The position numbers and the translations under genes are program-made. From Deinococcales bacterium (lineage in GTDB: Bacteria > Deinococcota > Deinococci > Deinococcales > JAAFIG01), in NCBI GenBank assembly GCA_043778225.1, contig JAYWGM010000086.1:1-64000 (forward strand): DNA of 64,000 bases, in the 5' to 3' direction. Position 1 is the first letter of the stretch, and the number at the start of each line of letters is the position of its first letter. This document shows positions 60,273 through 64,000 of this stretch, piece after piece. The notes beneath the pieces were generated by a model, which worked only from the letters and a program-made list of their open reading frames with translations, did not search any database and had not been told where the DNA came from.

Positions 60273-61570
60273 AGGAACTCTGGGCTTCGGCGGGTGGTCG
60301 CACCTTTCTAACGATGTGGTTAGGACAAAGTATTTCTAGTTTTGGCTCGAGACTGACCATTTTTGCCTTTGGAATTTGGTTGTACAAAGAAACTGGTTTG
60401 GCTACGCCGCTTTATTTAACGGCTTTGGCGGGTTTTCTGCCGGGTGTGTTGCTCGCTCCGATTGCTGGTGTACTGGTCGACCGTTACGACCGCCGTAGCG
60501 TGATGTTATTGGTCAATACCGTTCACACACTGGTGACGCTGGCGCAGTTTTTTGTTATTTCAAGCGGACAGACCAATATACCAATTATTCTGGGGCTGCT
60601 TGCTATTAGCAGTGCCGCCGAGACCTTCCAGTTTCCAGCCGAAGCCTCAAGCATGAGTGTGCTTGTACCCAAAGAACAACTGGGGCAAGCCAACGGCTTA
60701 TACGCGATGATGAGTGGGGCTGGAGATTTAGTTGCACCGATTGCTGGAGCGCTTTTGGTCTCGAGCATCGGCATTGCTGGGATTTTACTGATTGACTTGG
60801 CGAGTTTTGCCTTTGAATTCTTAACGCTGTTTATCATTCGAATTCCCAGACCAGCACAGTCGGATATTGGCTCGAGAATGCAGGGTGGGGTGCTGGCTCA
60901 GGCTCGAGATGGTTTTAGGTTCATTACCCAAAGACCGGGCTTGTTGAGTCTGCTGATTACGTTTTCGGGAGTGAATTTTTTCTTGGGAATCGTGCAGAAT
61001 TTGCAAGTCCCTTTAGTTCTCTCGAGAAGTACCGACCCGAGTGCGGTTGGTATTATTGCCTCGAGTTTTGGTGTGGGTGTGTTGCTGGGGGGCTTGTATA
61101 TGACCAGTACGGGTGGACTAAAACCTCGAGTGCATGGGGTTTTTGCGGGTATTGGTTTATCAGGGTTACTTGGCACAGCCCTGTTTGGTTTGGCGCAAAG
61201 TATTCCAATTTGGATGTTGGCTAATTTTTTTGCGGGTTTTTTGTTGCCAGTCCTCAACGGCGCAAGCCAAAGCATTTGGCAATCCAAAACCCCGCCCGAC
61301 ATTCAAGGCAGGGTTTTTGCAGCACGGCGGCAAATCGCTCAGATTACTACTCCGATGGCGTTTATCATTGCGGGTCCAGTGGCAGATTTGGTCTTTAAGC
61401 CATATTTCTCGAGTAACGACTCTTGGGCGTGGCTCTTGGGTGGCTCGAGTGGTCGTGGGTACGCAGCCATGTTTGTCCTGTTTGGGATTCTGGTGTCCTT
61501 CTGGGGTTTTGCAGCGTATTTGCGTCCGGCGGCTCGAAATGTCGAGCGTGATATTCCAGATGCAACTTGA
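60269..61570 (+). CDS. MFS transporter (macrolide-efflux/DHA3-like)
   Basis: W.GQ.IS.FGS, G.LVDRYDRR, P...QGRVFA. Confidence 0.9.
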   Translation: MKELWASAGGRTFLTMWLGQSISSFGSRLTIFAFGIWLYKETGLATPLYLTALAGFLPGVLLAPIAGVLVDRYDRRSVMLLVNTVHTLVTLAQFFVISSGQTNIPIILGLLAISSAAETFQFPAEASSMSVLVPKEQLGQANGLYAMMSGAGDLVAPIAGALLVSSIGIAGILLIDLASFAFEFLTLFIIRIPRPAQSDIGSRMQGGVLAQARDGFRFITQRPGLLSLLITFSGVNFFLGIVQNLQVPLVLSRSTDPSAVGIIASSFGVGVLLGGLYMTSTGGLKPRVHGVFAGIGLSGLLGTALFGLAQSIPIWMLANFFAGFLLPVLNGASQSIWQSKTPPDIQGRVFAARRQIAQITTPMAFIIAGPVADLVFKPYFSSNDSWAWLLGGSSGRGYAAMFVLFGILVSFWGFAAYLRPAARNVERDIPDAT

Positions 61571-61572
61571 TC

Positions 61573-61965
61573 TTAAATTTGTGCTTGTGGGAATACAGTA
61601 CGAACTTCTGGCAGTTTCTTGTCTCTTGGTCGTAAAATGATTTCAACGTCGCAATTAGCAGCTTGTGCATGATCCAAAAGTGTTGAAAGTGTCAAGTTAC
61701 TGTGCTGCGATTCAATTTGTGTCACCCGAGGGGCGCTAAGATGCAATGCTTTTGCGATGTCCTTGCTGCGTAAACCTGCCTGACGACGAACTTGTTTTAA
61801 GGCTTGACTGATGGCATTGGTAAGAATGATTTCTCGAGTTTCCTCAAGCATTGCCGCAGGGCTTCGTGTTTTTTGAAGTGTATCTTTAGGAACATAAACC
61901 TCGAGTATCATGCCATTTTTTTCATCAGGCGTGAGTGCTGCCAATAAGTTTTCGAGTGTTTTCAT
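61573..61965 (-). CDS. XRE-family HTH antitoxin (HigA-like)
   Basis: L.QVR.QAGL...DIA..L.LS...VTQIE....N.TL.TL; ATGA overlap with the upstream gene. Confidence 0.8.
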   Translation of the reverse strand: MKTLENLLAALTPDEKNGMILEVYVPKDTLQKTRSPAAMLEETREIILTNAISQALKQVRRQAGLRSKDIAKALHLSAPRVTQIESQHSNLTLSTLLDHAQAANCDVEIILRPRDKKLPEVRTVFPQAQI

Positions 61966-62375
61966 GATGCCCTCCGTAACATGGTTATTGGGTCATGCTT
62001 AAAAGCAAGATAGATTTCTAGTGCTTCTTGCAGCTTATTTGGATTTACGTTTTTTTCAGGTTTAATTTCTGCATTGACCAGTACAGCAACAAGCACAGCC
62101 ATATTTTCTTCAAAGATTTGCAATGGAAACCAGTAAACTCGTGCGCCACCTTTGATACCGCCTCGAGAGCGGGTTTTAAGTTCCCATATTGGTGTTCCTT
62201 GAAGTGTTTTTGCATAACGACTTTCAAGTTCGTTCTGTACAAGGTCTTCAAGCATTTGAATAATTGAATTGAGGGCTTCTTGATGGTTGGCTTGACTTAT
62301 TTCGATTAAATTTTCGATAATCAAGGGGTGTTCTGCGGTTGGCTTATTAGGGTGTCGAGCTTCAATAAGACGCAC
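61962..62375 (-). CDS. RelE/HigB-like toxin
   Basis: K.L.G..IWELK......ARVYWF; toxin-first order. Confidence 0.7.
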   Translation of the reverse strand: MRLIEARHPNKPTAEHPLIIENLIEISQANHQEALNSIIQMLEDLVQNELESRYAKTLQGTPIWELKTRSRGGIKGGARVYWFPLQIFEENMAVLVAVLVNAEIKPEKNVNPNKLQEALEIYLAFKHDPITMLRRAS

Positions 62376-62528
62376 AATTAAGTTATATATTAATTTATTC
62401 TTTTCGTCAAGAACTTTGGATCTTCAATCTTGAGAGTCTGTAGCGCGTGGGACATTCTGGGTTTGACCTTCTCGAGCCACACCACTAAAATGAGACGCTT
62501 ATCGTTCTATTTTAGAGGAGGCTGGAAA

Positions 62529-62921
62529 GTGGATTACACAACAGAGGTGACGGGTGCTTTGTACATTGGTCTCTTTGCATTGATTGGAGCGGGAATTGTT
62601 TACATCACGCTCGAGATTGCAAAGTTAGCGTTTTTTTATGCTGGTTCGCGGCGCTTTGGTGGCAATAAAGCCAAGGACTCGGTTTATGAATGCGGTATGG
62701 AAACCATTGGCGACACCAACGTTCAGATAAATTTGAACTATTACTTGTTTGCCATGCTTTTTGTGCTGTTCGATGTTGAGGCGGCGCTGCTTTATCCGTG
62801 GGCAGTGGCGTTTGATACGCTCGGTGTGGCTGGTTTACTGGCGGTCATTTCGTTTTTAATTATTTTGTTCCTTGGCTTTATCTATGCACTGCGTAAAGGA
62901 GCCTTAAAATGGGTTTATTAG
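62529..62921 (+). CDS. nuoA: NADH-quinone oxidoreductase subunit A
   Basis: [31 protein letters not shown] plus GTG. Confidence 0.95.
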   Translation: MDYTTEVTGALYIGLFALIGAGIVYITLEIAKLAFFYAGSRRFGGNKAKDSVYECGMETIGDTNVQINLNYYLFAMLFVLFDVEAALLYPWAVAFDTLGVAGLLAVISFLIILFLGFIYALRKGALKWVY

Positions 62922-63460
62922 GCACACAATCTCGCCCCGACAACGTTATTCTTGGTTCGTTGGATGATTTAATCAACCTCTCGCGCTCCCGCAGTTTGTG
63001 GCCTCTTACCTTTGGCATTGCCTGCTGTGCGATCGAAATGATGAACTCCTCGGCTACTCGTTACGATATGGATCGCTTTGGGGTTTTTTACCGCAACACG
63101 CCGCGCCAAGCCGATGTGATGATTGTCTCGGGGACAGTCAACAAAAAAATGGGTAAGGTCGTGCGCCAACTCTGGGAGCAAATGTCCGAACCCAAATGGG
63201 TCATCAGCATGGGCGCGTGCGCCAACCAAGGTGGACCGTTTCGTCAGGGCTACAGCGTGGTCGAGGGTGTGGATAAAATTATCCCAGTGGATATTTATGT
63301 TCCCGGTTGCCCACCACGCCCCGAAGCCCTGATGCAAGCGCTTTTGTTACTGCGTGACAAAATTGCTGACCCAGCCGCCCGTTATGTGCCGGGAATGCAA
63401 ATGGATGCCGATTTTGACCCTCTGGCAGAACCCGGTCACGATGGTCGGGTGTTACTGTGA
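62909..63460 (+). CDS. nuoB: NADH-quinone oxidoreductase subunit B
   Basis: [27 protein letters not shown]. Confidence 0.97.
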   Translation: MGLLGTQSRPDNVILGSLDDLINLSRSRSLWPLTFGIACCAIEMMNSSATRYDMDRFGVFYRNTPRQADVMIVSGTVNKKMGKVVRQLWEQMSEPKWVISMGACANQGGPFRQGYSVVEGVDKIIPVDIYVPGCPPRPEALMQALLLLRDKIADPAARYVPGMQMDADFDPLAEPGHDGRVLL

Positions 63461-64000
63461 GCGAACCAAGCACACCACCTGTTGCTCTTGCGCCCGTCAA
63501 GGTCTGGCACATCCCCCTGCTCGAGTCCGACAAAGTAGAGACTTTAATAGCTGGCTTAAAAGCTCGAGCCGAAACAATTTTAGACACTATTCAAATCACA
63601 GTCGCGCTCGAGGATTACCGTGCCTTGTGCGAACGCCTTTTCAAAGCTGGTTTTGATTTCCCCTCGAGCATGAGCGGCACAGATTTTGAATGGGGCTTGG
63701 GGGTTGCCTTGCAACTCCAGCAACTCGAGTCCAAACGCAAGGTCACGGTGCGGACGTACTGCACTTACGCCCACGCCCATGTCCCAACCGTTTCTGACCT
63801 CTGGGGTGGTTTAGACTGGCACGAACGCGAAGCCTACGACCTTGTGGGGATTATTTTTGACGGTCACGAGGACAGTGTAAACGGACACCCGCGCCGAATC
63901 TTGCTCGAAGACCACTGGAGCATTCACCCGCTCCAAAAGCGCTACAACACCCGTGGCTATTTAATTCACGGCTGGACAGAAAAACCCTTCCCAACCCCAG
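63457..64000 (+). CDS. nuoC: NADH-quinone oxidoreductase subunit C (runs off the window)
   Basis: GTG overlapping the nuoB stop; VPTVSDLW...[26 protein letters not shown]. Confidence 0.9.
   Translation, partial: MSEPSTPPVALAPVKVWHIPLLESDKVETLIAGLKARAETILDTIQITVALEDYRALCERLFKAGFDFPSSMSGTDFEWGLGVALQLQQLESKRKVTVRTYCTYAHAHVPTVSDLWGGLDWHEREAYDLVGIIFDGHEDSVNGHPRRILLEDHWSIHPLQKRYNTRGYLIHGWTEKPFPTP

Noticed and set aside
1..64000. tRNA, rRNA, prophage, integrase, reverse transcriptase or DdrO/RDRM boxes
   Set aside because: None recognised by eye; tRNAscan, Infernal and motif scans were not run.

Overview
Chromosomal window from a Deinococcota bacterium, probably Deinococcales. This rests on a GlnRS with a C-terminal Yqey tail, Deinococcus/Thermus-type gene content and pervasive leaderless -10/ATG architecture. 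Most genes are housekeeping: glnS, cobS, hisB, metH, moeA, comEA, lipB/lipA, cdaA/cdaR, gatB, mgtE and nuoABC. Interspersed are a decayed IS1634 transposase, a type IV minor-pilin operon with a giant PilX-like protein, four toxin-antitoxin pairs, and a nuclease/defence islet (Uma2, YhcG, DUF262+HEPN) abutting metH. The most notable signals are: (1) the palindrome CTCGAG is massively over-represented and is missing from recently acquired DNA; (2) GTAG-type REP/REPIN elements and a 45-bp dispersed element sit in frame inside metH; (3) an unannotated MgtL-like (DPEP) leader peptide with switchable hairpins precedes mgtE; (4) an unannotated 54-aa basic, possibly ArfA-like, ORF is coupled to an MFS gene; (5) the PilX-like protein carries a CxxCH motif; (6) 26-27 bp tandem duplications recur at gene stop codons. 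All product calls come from motif recognition by eye; no database searches were run.
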